Source: Candidatus Enterousia sp.
GTDB taxonomy: Bacteria; Pseudomonadota; Alphaproteobacteria; Rs-D84
Assembly: GCA_045614245.1 (NCBI GenBank)
Contig: JAZLCM010000016.1
Span: 1 to 27,746, forward strand
DNA: 27,746 nucleotides
Direction: 5' to 3'
In this document: one piece after another, positions 1 to 8,672 of the stretch
Layout of the letters: each line of letters opens with the position of its first letter
Position numbering within the stretch: the stretch's first letter is position 1
Notes under the pieces: generated by a model
What the model saw: only the letters and a program-made list of their open reading frames with translations
What the model was told of the DNA's origin: nothing
The model's database searches: none
Program-made: the position numbers and the translations under genes

Positions 1-5
1 CCAAC

Positions 6-215
6 ATGTCGGATATAAGGGAACAGATTTTTCAGGAATTATCAAGACTAGAAGATGCCGCGACGCGTCTGCGCGCGACGGCGGTTGATGCCGGCAAACA
101 AACCGACCTTGAGGTTGCGATTTTAACGCAACAGGTGCGAAATCTGCGTGCAAAAAACGCGCGGGCAACCGAACTTATCGACCAATCTGTCGATTTACTA
201 AGGAAATTGGCATGA
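6..215 (+). CDS. Small coiled-coil protein upstream of zapA (DUF4164/ZauP-like)
   Basis: 69 aa, heptad-like Leu pattern; stop overlaps the zapA start (ATGA). A short coiled-coil gene precedes zapA in many alphaproteobacteria. Family assigned by context. Confidence 0.55.
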   Translation: MSDIREQIFQELSRLEDAATRLRATAVDAGKQTDLEVAILTQQVRNLRAKNARATELIDQSVDLLRKLA

Positions 216-490
216 GTGTTGTTTCAATACCGATTGTGAATAAAAATTACCCTATGGGCTGTGAAGACGGGCAAGAAGGTCGCCTGGTGGAACTGGGGCA
301 AATGGTTGACGCACGCGCACGGGAAATTTTGGATAAAATTGGACCTTTGCCGGAAACTTCATTGCTTGCCACCGTTTGTATCGTTTTGGCGGACGAATTG
401 CGTAATAAACCCGCACCAAGTGTGACCGATGCAGATTTGCGGGAAATTTTGGCGCGAATCCGCGAAATCAAAAATAAAATCGCCGAATAA
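212..490 (+). CDS. zapA: Cell division protein ZapA
   Basis: N-terminal [30 protein letters not shown] and [13 protein letters not shown] match the ZapA pattern (V.I.I.G+.Y...C..GQE..L..LA..vD ... L.mA.L.lADEL). Confidence 0.85.
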   Translation: MSVVSIPIVNKNYPMGCEDGQEGRLVELGQMVDARAREILDKIGPLPETSLLATVCIVLADELRNKPAPSVTDADLREILARIREIKNKIAE

Positions 491-504
491 TTCGCGTTTT
501 TTGG

Positions 505-533
505 TTGTTATTTTTTTTCAAATGTTCTATGTT
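505..533 (+). promoter_or_regulatory. Putative sigma70 promoter of parC
   Basis: TTGTTA (505-510), 17 nt spacer, TATGTT (528-533); ATG at 544 with no Shine-Dalgarno. Confidence 0.4.
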
Positions 534-543
534 TCATGTCGTT

Positions 544-2775
544 ATGAGTAAAGAAATAGTCGAAAGAATTGATTCACAGCAATTGGCGGATGCGCTTTCC
601 ACGCGGTATTTGTCGTATGCGGTCAGTACGATTGTGTCGCGCGCCCTGCCCGATGTGCGCGATGGGTTAAAGCCTGTACATCGCCGCATTTTATATTCTA
701 TGTTACGGCAAAAGTTATCGCCCGCGGCGGCTTTTCGCAAGTGTGCAACGGTTGTTGGCGATGTTTTGGGACACTATCACCCGCATGGCGATTCGTCGGT
801 CTATGACGCGATGGTCAGACTTGCCCAGGATTTTTCCGTACGTTATCCATTGATTGATGGCCAGGGGAACTTTGGAAACATTGACGGCGACCCCCAGGCG
901 GCATACCGTTACACTGAATCCAAAATGACCGATGCGGCAATGCTGATTATGGACGGCATTGACGAAGACAGTGTCGATATGATGCCGAATTTTGACGGCA
1001 CGACGGTTGAACCGGTGGTTATGCCGGGCGCGTTTCCAAACTTGCTTGCGAACGGTGGCATGGGTATCGCGGTTGGTATGGCAACGAATATCCCGACACA
1101 CAATGTTGCAGAGGTTTGCGATGCATTGACATTAATGGTGGACAAACCGGAATCTACAACCGCCCAGGTTATGAAAAAAATGGTCGGGCCGGATTTCCCA
1201 ACTGGTGGTGTGTTGATTGATGATTTTGATACGATTGTTAAAAACTATGATACTGGCAAGGGCGCATTTCGTATTCGCGCACGCTATGAAATCGAAGAAT
1301 TGGACCGTGGCGGGTACCAGATTGTAATTACCGAAATCCCGTACGGAATCATAAAGTCCAAGTTGGTCGAACAAATCGGCGAAATGATTGACGCGAAAAA
1401 ATTGCCGTTGGTTGATGACATTGTTGATGAATCAACAACCGATGTTCGCATTGTGATTACACCAAAAAGTCGTAATGTGCCCGCGGACAAAATGATGGCG
1501 CATTAGTTTGCACTGACCGATTTGGAATATAAATTTAACATGAACTTTAATGTTATCGATTCCAACGGTGCGCCACGCGTTATGGGCATTCGCGATGTTT
1601 TACTTGAATTTATCGCGCATCAAAAAAAGGTTCTTTGTCGGCGGTCGCGGTGGAGATTGGCAAACATTGACCGGCGGTTGGAAATTTTGGGTGGCTTGCT
1701 GGTTGTGTATCTGAATTTGGACCGCGTGATTGAAATCATACGAACCGAAGATGATCCAAAAGCGGTATTGATGGCGGAATTTCAACTTTCGGAGATCCAG
1801 GTTGAATCTATTTTAAATACGCGCCTGCGTGCGTTGCGAAAACTCGAAGAAATGGAAATCCGGCGCGAAGACAAAAACCTGCGCGCGGAACGGGAACAAC
1901 TGGTCGCTTTGTTGCAAGACGAAGAAATTCAAAACAATCAAATAAAGGCGTGGTTTGCCGATATTAAAAAGCAATATGATAAAAAAACCGCGCTTGGGCG
2001 GCGACGCACGACTTGGGCGGCACAAACCGAAGAAATCACCGTCAATGCCGAAGAGTTTATTGAAAAAGAACCATTGACGATAATTCTTTCGACCATGGGT
2101 TGGATACGCGCGGCGCGGGGACATATGGATTTGGGCGCACTGGATTTGAAATTCAAAGAAGGTGACGAGTTGCAATTTGCTTTCCACGCGATGTCCACCG
2201 ATAAAATAAACCTTTTCGGGTCGTCGGGTCGCATGTTCACACTTGCCGCGAACGATTTACCATCGGCACGCGGATTTGGGGAATCGGTGCGCATGATGGC
2301 GGACATCGGCGCGGACGAAGTTATTGTCAACGCGTTTGTATTGGATACCGCGGCAAAGTATTTATTGGTGTCGCGACATGGAAACGGTTTCATTATCGCG
2401 GGCGAAAACTGTTTGGCACAGACGCGCACCGGGAAACAGGTTATGAATGTTGACGACGGTAATCCGGCAAGTTTCTGTGTGCGGGTTACGGGTGACATGG
2501 TGGCGCTTTCGGGATCAAACGATAAAATTTTGATTTTTGCAACGGCAGAGATTCCGGAAATGGTTCGTGGCAAGGGTGTGATTTTGCAAAAATACAATGC
2601 CGAACGAACATATGTTTTGGATGTTATGTTCTTTGACGTGGCGGACGGGTTCGGTTGGACAACGGGTCGCGGGACAACAAAACTTGACGATTGGAAACCA
2701 TGGACGGGCAAACGCGCAACCCAGGGTCGCACAATTCCGGTCGGCTTTCCACGCAGCGGGAAATTTGGGAAATAG
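544..2775 (+). pseudogene. parC: DNA topoisomerase IV subunit A (ParC), full length (743 codons) but interrupted by one in-frame TAG at 1504-1506
   Basis: [50 protein letters not shown], catalytic RYTE; C-terminal beta-pinwheel without a GyrA box, ending GFPRSGKFGK. ORFs 505..1506 and 1522..2775 share one frame. Start taken as ATG 544 (MSKEIV). May be an intact gene with a sequence error. Confidence 0.9.
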
Positions 2776-2797
2776 TGGTTAGTGTAAGTGGTTAGTG
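2774..2797 (+). repeat. Short tandem repeat AGTGGTT/AGTGT(A/T) directly after the parC stop
   Basis: AGTGGTT AGTGTA AGTGGTT AGTG; the 13-mer TAGTGGTTAGTGT recurs at 27536-27548. Confidence 0.7.
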
Positions 2798-2822
2798 AAA
2801 CGGGCGCGAATGCGCCCGGTTC
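2798..2822. terminator. Probable bidirectional intrinsic terminator between convergent parC and proS
   Basis: CGGGCGC (2801-2807), loop GAAT, GCGCCCG (2812-2818); AAA on the left and T-rich sequence on the right. Confidence 0.75.
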
Positions 2823-2823
2823 T

Positions 2824-4104
2824 TTACTTGTGCAAAAGTGTTTTTATCGTCTTTTCAACATCGGCAATACATGTTTCGATTTTGAATTCGGTTGGTAACT
2901 GTGATGTATCAAAATCGTTCACACGATATTTAACCTCTATCGCATTACGGGCAAGTGTTTTTTCCGACACAATCAAGCGAATTGGCGCCGCGATTAAATC
3001 CGCGTCTGCAAATTTTTCACCCGCACGAATGTCGCGATTATCCAATAAAACCTCTATATCGGCACTTTTCAAATCATTATAGATTTTTTCCGCCACCCCA
3101 AAAGTTTTATTTTCTTTATCAACAAGCCCGATAACTTCGACCGCAAAAGGCGCGGTTTCCATGTTCCAAATTGGCCCGTTGTCGTCCGCACTTTCTTCCA
3201 AAACAGCCGCCATCGTGCGACCAACACCAATGCCATAGCATCCCATAATCGGCGTCTTTTCCGTTCCGTCCGCCGCGGTATATGTCATGTGCATGGAATC
3301 AGTATACTTTTTGCCAAGTTGGAATATATTTCCAACCTCGATACCGCGAATTTTTTTCATTTGCTTGCCGCACTTTGGACAAAGTGTTGAATCGCGATCT
3401 TCCAATTCTTTATTTGCGCGAAAACCACAATCGCAAACATACAGTGTATCTTCACCCATTTCGTTGACCAATTGGAATTCGTGCGCGACCGCACCGCCCA
3501 TATCGCCGGTGGACGACATAACATCAATGACGTTCTTTAAGCCACAGCGATGGAATATGCGATAGTACGCGTCAAAACAAAGTTTGTAATAACGTTCCAA
3601 ATCTTCCTGGGTTTCATGGAAAGAATAGCCGTCCTTCATGATAAATTCACGTGTTCGAATCAACCCAGCACGCACGCGCAATTCATCGCGAAACTTTGTT
3701 TGAATCTGATACAGCATAAACGGCAACTGACGATACGAAGTGGTCACCGAACGCGCATAATCCGTTACAACCTCTTCATGCGTGGGACATATTACATAAT
3801 CCGCACCAGATGAACCTTTGAACTTTGCAAGCACCGCCATCGCATCATAGCGTCCCGTTTCACGCCACAAATCCGCAGTGCAAACAACGGGCATCAAGAT
3901 TTCTTGACCATCGATTTTATCCATTTCATCGCGTATAATTTTTTCAATGTTATGAACCACGCGCCAACCGGTCGGTGTAAGTGTATATCCACCTTGGAAA
4001 GTTTGATATATATACCCGCCCTTTATTGCCATTTTGTGTCCGCGCGTTGTTGCACCGGCGACATCACCAATTTGTCTTTTTACGCATAATTTTTCAATTC
4101 TCAT
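2824..4104 (-). CDS. proS: Proline--tRNA ligase, short form without the INS editing domain
   Basis: PTHEE proline-binding loop, motif 2 YQIQTKFRDELRVRAGLIRTREFIMKDGYSF, GIEVGNIFQLG, motif 3 MGCYGIGVGR, anticodon domain DDRxxxxGxKFADADLI-like; 426 aa. Confidence 0.95.
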   Translation of the reverse strand: MRIEKLCVKRQIGDVAGATTRGHKMAIKGGYIYQTFQGGYTLTPTGWRVVHNIEKIIRDEMDKIDGQEILMPVVCTADLWRETGRYDAMAVLAKFKGSSGADYVICPTHEEVVTDYARSVTTSYRQLPFMLYQIQTKFRDELRVRAGLIRTREFIMKDGYSFHETQEDLERYYKLCFDAYYRIFHRCGLKNVIDVMSSTGDMGGAVAHEFQLVNEMGEDTLYVCDCGFRANKELEDRDSTLCPKCGKQMKKIRGIEVGNIFQLGKKYTDSMHMTYTAADGTEKTPIMGCYGIGVGRTMAAVLEESADDNGPIWNMETAPFAVEVIGLVDKENKTFGVAEKIYNDLKSADIEVLLDNRDIRAGEKFADADLIAAPIRLIVSEKTLARNAIEVKYRVNDFDTSQLPTEFKIETCIADVEKTIKTLLHK

Positions 4105-4930
4105 TTTTTATTACCTTTTTAAGTTCCATGTATTTATTTGAAATTATTTCATGCATTATTTCCGCAATTTCTTTTCGTGTTTTTCCCGCCAAAGGCGGTG
4201 GTGGCAACATATAGACATTTACGCGAAATCCGCCCAAAACCATTATGTGAAAGATTTGACCAAATGCGCTGCGTTCGCGGGAACATTTTGGACCTTGGGT
4301 CTGTTTCGCGTTATCAAAGTACGCATAATGTTCCGCTAGATCCGCATCACTTATCGGTGTGCCGTCATGATGGCAATATTGAATAACAACCGGTTGAACC
4401 GTTAAATCCGTGCCTTCGGCGACATTGAAAAGTGGACTTTTGAATTCTTTGACATATGCGCCATTTGTTGTTGTTCCTTCGGGGAAAACATAAAGTGGCC
4501 AATCGATTGTCGCAATTTCATTTTGAACCTGGTTTAATACCTCCATCGCGTGGGACGGACGGCGGTCGATGAACACAACACCGAACTTGTTCGCAATCCA
4601 CCCAACCAGTGGCCAATTACGAACATCGTTTTTAGAAATAAAACTTCCCCCAAACATGACCGGGAAAGTTGCAATTTCAAATACGGAAATATGATTGCCC
4701 GCAACCAATAACGGACGTTTTTTCGACATTGTGCCATGCTTTACGATTTTAACATTTGCAATCCAAAGGAAAATACGCATAAACACCGACATATACTTTA
4801 CGGTTATTTTTTTTCGCGCCGGCAAAAATAAAATTATCGGCAACTGTAACACAACCATCAGCCAAAAAGCGACAAAACGCAACGAACCAGTTATTGTGTT
4901 AAAAAGATTTTGTTTCCTGACCTTTGACAT
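4094..4930 (-). CDS. PlsC-family lysophospholipid acyltransferase, probably lyso-ornithine lipid O-acyltransferase (OlsA-like)
   Basis: NHISVFE (block I), FIDRR (block II), FPEGTTTNG (block III), VQPV; directly downstream of olsB (1 nt gap). Confidence 0.85.
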   Translation of the reverse strand: MSKVRKQNLFNTITGSLRFVAFWLMVVLQLPIILFLPARKKITVKYMSVFMRIFLWIANVKIVKHGTMSKKRPLLVAGNHISVFEIATFPVMFGGSFISKNDVRNWPLVGWIANKFGVVFIDRRPSHAMEVLNQVQNEIATIDWPLYVFPEGTTTNGAYVKEFKSPLFNVAEGTDLTVQPVVIQYCHHDGTPISDADLAEHYAYFDNAKQTQGPKCSRERSAFGQIFHIMVLGGFRVNVYMLPPPPLAGKTRKEIAEIMHEIISNKYMELKKVIKNEN

Positions 4931-4931
4931 T

Positions 4932-5888
4932 TTATTCTTCTTCGTCCGTCACCTGTGATTCATCGATGAATTCCGCGTCCGCCGCATCTTCACGCAGCAA
5001 GAATTCAAAAAACGCGCCAAGCATATTTATTGACCCAGTTATCGGCAACAACATTATCTTACCAAGTGTTTGAATAGGCCGACGCTTTACATCCAAATGT
5101 TCAAGTGCGTTTTCGCGACCATAGAAATGCTTTTGATACGCGGCATCCATATTTTTCGTTTGCATCATAACAAAGACATCGTATGTATTGAACGGTTTAT
5201 CAATAAACACACCCTGGCCAAAAGTTGCACCCATACGCAGATACCCCTTGATAAGAGGGGTCATTTGTTTTTTTGCGATTTCTTCATCAACAAAGGCGCG
5301 TGGTAATATATTCATCTGTGCCATGCGTTGGTCCACACCATCGGCAAAGTTTTCCGGCATCACGCGGGCGCGCAAACGCAGTGGAGACAGATAATTGTAA
5401 TACAAATAAGATATCGCCTGTGCCGATTCCACAGGTTTTTGCCCGACCCAAGACGCGACACCAAATAAAACCGCAATGCGACGACGTAAAACATATTCAC
5501 TAAGCCCTGCCCAAAGCATCCGCATAACCAACGCGTTTTCGCGGTATTCGCGTGCAACACATGCGCGCGACATTTCCGCGATATTATCAGACGCCTTTTT
5601 TATCTTGGATATATTAAATTCCGTTTCGGTATAAAAACCGCCCATTTTATCCGCCGCCTTTTTATCGATAATGCGGTATGTGCCAACAATTTTACCATTA
5701 TGAAAGACCGCCATATATTCAGCGAATTTATCAAATTCATCAAATTCTTCGTGCAATTCGTTTTGTTCATCGGTGGCACTTGCACCTTCTTCGGCGACGA
5801 ATACGTCATAGCGTAACTGGCGCACCATGCGACGTTCTTCTTTGTTATGCGTCAAGCGCACTTCGAAATCACGAACTTTGATAGCCAT
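4932..5888 (-). CDS. olsB: GNAT-fold ornithine N-acyltransferase (OlsB family)
   Basis: LRYDVFVAE, IVGTYRI, GGFYTETEFNI, EMSRACVAREYR, LWAGL, LFGVAS, PLIKGYLRMGA, IDKPFNTYDVF all follow the OlsB consensus. Confidence 0.85.
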   Translation of the reverse strand: MAIKVRDFEVRLTHNKEERRMVRQLRYDVFVAEEGASATDEQNELHEEFDEFDKFAEYMAVFHNGKIVGTYRIIDKKAADKMGGFYTETEFNISKIKKASDNIAEMSRACVAREYRENALVMRMLWAGLSEYVLRRRIAVLFGVASWVGQKPVESAQAISYLYYNYLSPLRLRARVMPENFADGVDQRMAQMNILPRAFVDEEIAKKQMTPLIKGYLRMGATFGQGVFIDKPFNTYDVFVMMQTKNMDAAYQKHFYGRENALEHLDVKRRPIQTLGKIMLLPITGSINMLGAFFEFLLREDAADAEFIDESQVTDEEE

Positions 5889-5921
5889 CGTTTATTTCCT
5901 TTTTACTAAGTCAATAAGTAA

Positions 5922-5950
5922 AGAATACCAAACAAAAGCCGTCGGTGCAA
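5922..5950 (-). promoter_or_regulatory. Putative sigma70 promoter of the olsB-acyltransferase-proS operon
   Basis: TTGCAC, 17 nt spacer, TATTCT preceded by TGG; Shine-Dalgarno-like AAAAGGA before the olsB ATG. Confidence 0.6.
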
Positions 5951-5980
5951 TCTTTTTATTTTCTGAGGAACAGAAGAAAA

Positions 5981-7018
5981 CTATTTCAATTTATCGGCAA
6001 GTTCGGCAATCGCAACCGCGTACCAATTTGAATTATTCCATTTCTTTATGCGATAGAAATTTGGATACACCAAATACGCCTTGATTACCGGACGCGGAGC
6101 AACATCGGAATCCGGATTGTCGCCCGTTTCCGATATTTCTGGCAAATTTGCCACATCGGCGATTAAACCCGCAACCATGTCGCCATTTGGTATTGCCGTT
6201 CCATCGGGGTTCAAAACACCCATCTTTGCCCATTCATCCAATGTTTTCTTGGTTTTGCCGTCAAGCAAAGAAGTATCAAAATCCGCCGGTAAAATTACGC
6301 GGCGCGCAATTTTCTCATTTTTATTCCACCCAAGTTTACCAAGGTAATTTCCCGCACTGGCCATCGCATCGGCGACATTGTTTATAATATCAATCCGACC
6401 ATCGCCATTGCCGTCAACACCATATGTTTCAAGTGTTGTTGGAATAAATTGGAAATGACCCATGGCGCCCGCCCAACTGCCCCTTATTTTGTTTATATCC
6501 AACGAATTTTTATCCGCAATTTTCATCAGCGCCAATAACTGGTCACTAAAAAACTTTTCGCGCCGACCGTCGTAAATAAGTGTAAAGAACGCATCAACCA
6601 AACGATGACGCGATTTTACTTCGCCATAGTTTGATTCCATGCCCCAAAATGCCAAAATAACATGCGGGGGCAAACCATATGTATTTTCCACGTATGACAA
6701 AAGTGTAGGATATTTATTCCGCATTTCGCGACCACGCGCAACACGCGTAGAATTTACGGTTCTGTCCAAATATTCTTGTAAAGTCAATTTGAATTCAGAT
6801 TGATTTCTATCACTTTTCACAATAGATGGTATGAATGCGGGCGAACGCAATGTATCGTTTATTGTTGATTCAGAAATATGCATCGCAACCGCACGTGAAC
6901 GCACGTTATCCATTATAGTATTCCAACGGTCAATATCAAAGTCACCAGTGTCCGCAAAAACCGTTCGAACGGTTATGCAAAAAAGCAAACTTATAAAAAA
7001 CTTACCTATACGAAACAC
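5981..7018 (-). CDS. Lytic murein transglycosylase, MltB/SltB family
   Basis: Signal peptide; catalytic FWGMESNYG, GSWAGAMGHFQFIPTT, EF-hand-like DGNGDGRIDI, C-terminal NFYRIKKWNNSNWYAVAI. Confidence 0.9.
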   Translation of the reverse strand: MFRIGKFFISLLFCITVRTVFADTGDFDIDRWNTIMDNVRSRAVAMHISESTINDTLRSPAFIPSIVKSDRNQSEFKLTLQEYLDRTVNSTRVARGREMRNKYPTLLSYVENTYGLPPHVILAFWGMESNYGEVKSRHRLVDAFFTLIYDGRREKFFSDQLLALMKIADKNSLDINKIRGSWAGAMGHFQFIPTTLETYGVDGNGDGRIDIINNVADAMASAGNYLGKLGWNKNEKIARRVILPADFDTSLLDGKTKKTLDEWAKMGVLNPDGTAIPNGDMVAGLIADVANLPEISETGDNPDSDVAPRPVIKAYLVYPNFYRIKKWNNSNWYAVAIAELADKLK

Positions 7019-7034
7019 GACTATTTCCCAACCA

Positions 7035-8564
7035 TTAGAAAGCGTACTTTATACCCAAATGCACACCAAAGGATTGCCAATCCGCGGACTTTAACGCTTC
7101 GCTTACATCTTCGGTATGTGCGGGAACCGTTTGCAAGTATGGGAACCCGTTTTCATCAACCGCGTATTGTCCGTTTTCATCAATTACAAATTCTGTATAT
7201 TCCGCCACGTAAAGTTTTCCGGGAATTTTCCCAACATGAAAGAAATTTGTATCAACCTTTAACGCCAAGTGCAACCGCGACGCAAGACGAACATTATATT
7301 CCAATTCGGCGGCATACGTGTACGAATCGTTGGTTCCTTCGTCAAGGAAACTTGGGTTTTGTTGCCAATCGGTCCGGTTCGGCCAAATACCTTCGGATGA
7401 ATACTTTGGCATACCAACCTGGAAATAAAAGCGCAACTTGTCAGCAAGTGTCATTTGTTTTTCTATTTCCAACCCTACATAGAATCCACTCCATGTCGTA
7501 TTGTAAATATGTGTGGTCCCGCCAACCCGTATCGGGCCGTCGCCACCGATAATTACACAGTCACCTTCATACACGCCCCACGGTATATCACCCATAGATG
7601 AATTATAATCTTCGGTTATTAAAACTTCGCCAAGGTATGTTACATACCCCGAAGAAGCACCGTTTTGTGCCACAACCTTGATATCTTCGGGCCCCATACA
7701 TACCTGGTACCAGGTATCGGGCGGTATCACATCAATCGGCAAAGAATAATAATTTCCGTCTTCGTCGCCATAAACATATTCGCCCAAATCCGTCATAAGG
7801 GGTAAATATATCCCCTGGTTCGGGTAAAGGTGATCGGACATTTCCAAATTATGCTTGAAAATTTCATATCCGATTACCGGCGATAATTTCCATCCACCAA
7901 TGTTCCAAATGTGCTTTGCACCGATACCAAGACGCAAATGGTGCGATTCGCCAGATTGACCACCCATAGAAATCGTGAAAATACCGTATGACGGGTCCGA
8001 CCAATCATATGGTTCCAAGTCATAGTCCATGGAAAGACCACCGCTTTCCATTTTACCATAAGAATAATCAGCAAACGCAAACATATCAAAATTGCCAAGC
8101 GAAAGTGTATGACGACCGCCAACATTTACCTCGTTAAAAATCATATCGTCCCATTCAAGTATGGAATTCACACCCGTTTTAAAATCAAAATTTGCAAATC
8201 GACGCGAATATCCGCCATAAAGATATGTTGATGGTTCCTGTTCCGGTGCCATACCAACACCATTTACCGTCATTATTCCCGCATCGGCATATGTCATATT
8301 TTCAACATATTCTTCAATGGTTGGGACCGGCCGATTGCGTCTTTCCGTTGTGTACGAATATGTCCGCGTACCAACAACCTGTTTTTCGCCGGTTTTTCCA
8401 ATATACTTTGTATAACCGGTATCCGCATACTTTCCATATTTTGCTTGATTAGTGCTTACCTTTGCGGGATCTTGATAATAAACAGGCACACCTTCATTGA
8501 CCGCAAAAGCGGCAAAATGAACCAACAGCGCCGGCAGAAAAGATATTATTCCCCTTTTCATCAC
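7035..8564 (-). CDS. Outer-membrane beta-barrel protein, omptin-like
   Basis: Signal peptide (FAAFA), alternating aromatic strands, terminal Phe (GIKYAF). Segments SILEWDDM, GGLSMDYD, IYNTTWSGFYVGL and GIKYAF parallel OmpT SQLDW, GNMVDQDW, YKQRFKMPYIGL and GLKYTF. Confidence 0.65.
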   Translation of the reverse strand: MMKRGIISFLPALLVHFAAFAVNEGVPVYYQDPAKVSTNQAKYGKYADTGYTKYIGKTGEKQVVGTRTYSYTTERRNRPVPTIEEYVENMTYADAGIMTVNGVGMAPEQEPSTYLYGGYSRRFANFDFKTGVNSILEWDDMIFNEVNVGGRHTLSLGNFDMFAFADYSYGKMESGGLSMDYDLEPYDWSDPSYGIFTISMGGQSGESHHLRLGIGAKHIWNIGGWKLSPVIGYEIFKHNLEMSDHLYPNQGIYLPLMTDLGEYVYGDEDGNYYSLPIDVIPPDTWYQVCMGPEDIKVVAQNGASSGYVTYLGEVLITEDYNSSMGDIPWGVYEGDCVIIGGDGPIRVGGTTHIYNTTWSGFYVGLEIEKQMTLADKLRFYFQVGMPKYSSEGIWPNRTDWQQNPSFLDEGTNDSYTYAAELEYNVRLASRLHLALKVDTNFFHVGKIPGKLYVAEYTEFVIDENGQYAVDENGFPYLQTVPAHTEDVSEALKSADWQSFGVHLGIKYAF

Positions 8565-8581
8565 TTCTCTTTCACCAAGAT

Positions 8582-8611
8582 ATTATAACATAGACTTTAT
8601 TTTGTAAACAA
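8582..8611 (-). promoter_or_regulatory. Putative extended -10 sigma70 promoter of the barrel/transglycosylase genes
   Basis: TTGTTT, 18 nt spacer, TATAAT with TGn extension. Confidence 0.55.
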
Positions 8612-8672
8612 CTATTTTATCGTGTGTATATTTTTATTGCAGATTTTGATCCCCGTTGTAATATGTTGCAAT

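Noticed and set aside
491-543. 6S RNA after zapA
   Set aside because: Only 53 nt are available and they look like a promoter.
505-543. N-terminal extensions of parC (from 505) and hemW (from 8622) in the ORF track
   Set aside because: They translate AT-rich promoter DNA; homology starts near ATG 544 and ATG 8673.
778-810. Quinolone-resistance substitution in ParC
   Set aside because: [10 protein letters not shown] keeps Ser at the S80-equivalent and an acidic residue at the E84-equivalent.
1504-1506. Genome-wide TAG reassignment as the explanation for the parC stop
   Set aside because: TAG ends parC (2773-2775) and the MltB-like gene (5981-5983) where homology ends, and no other conserved gene here has an internal TAG.
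1938-2732. 264 aa minus-strand ORF and the many other 60-170 aa overlapping ORFs in the track
   Set aside because: They lie antisense to or out of frame within well-supported genes and show no motifs or RBS.
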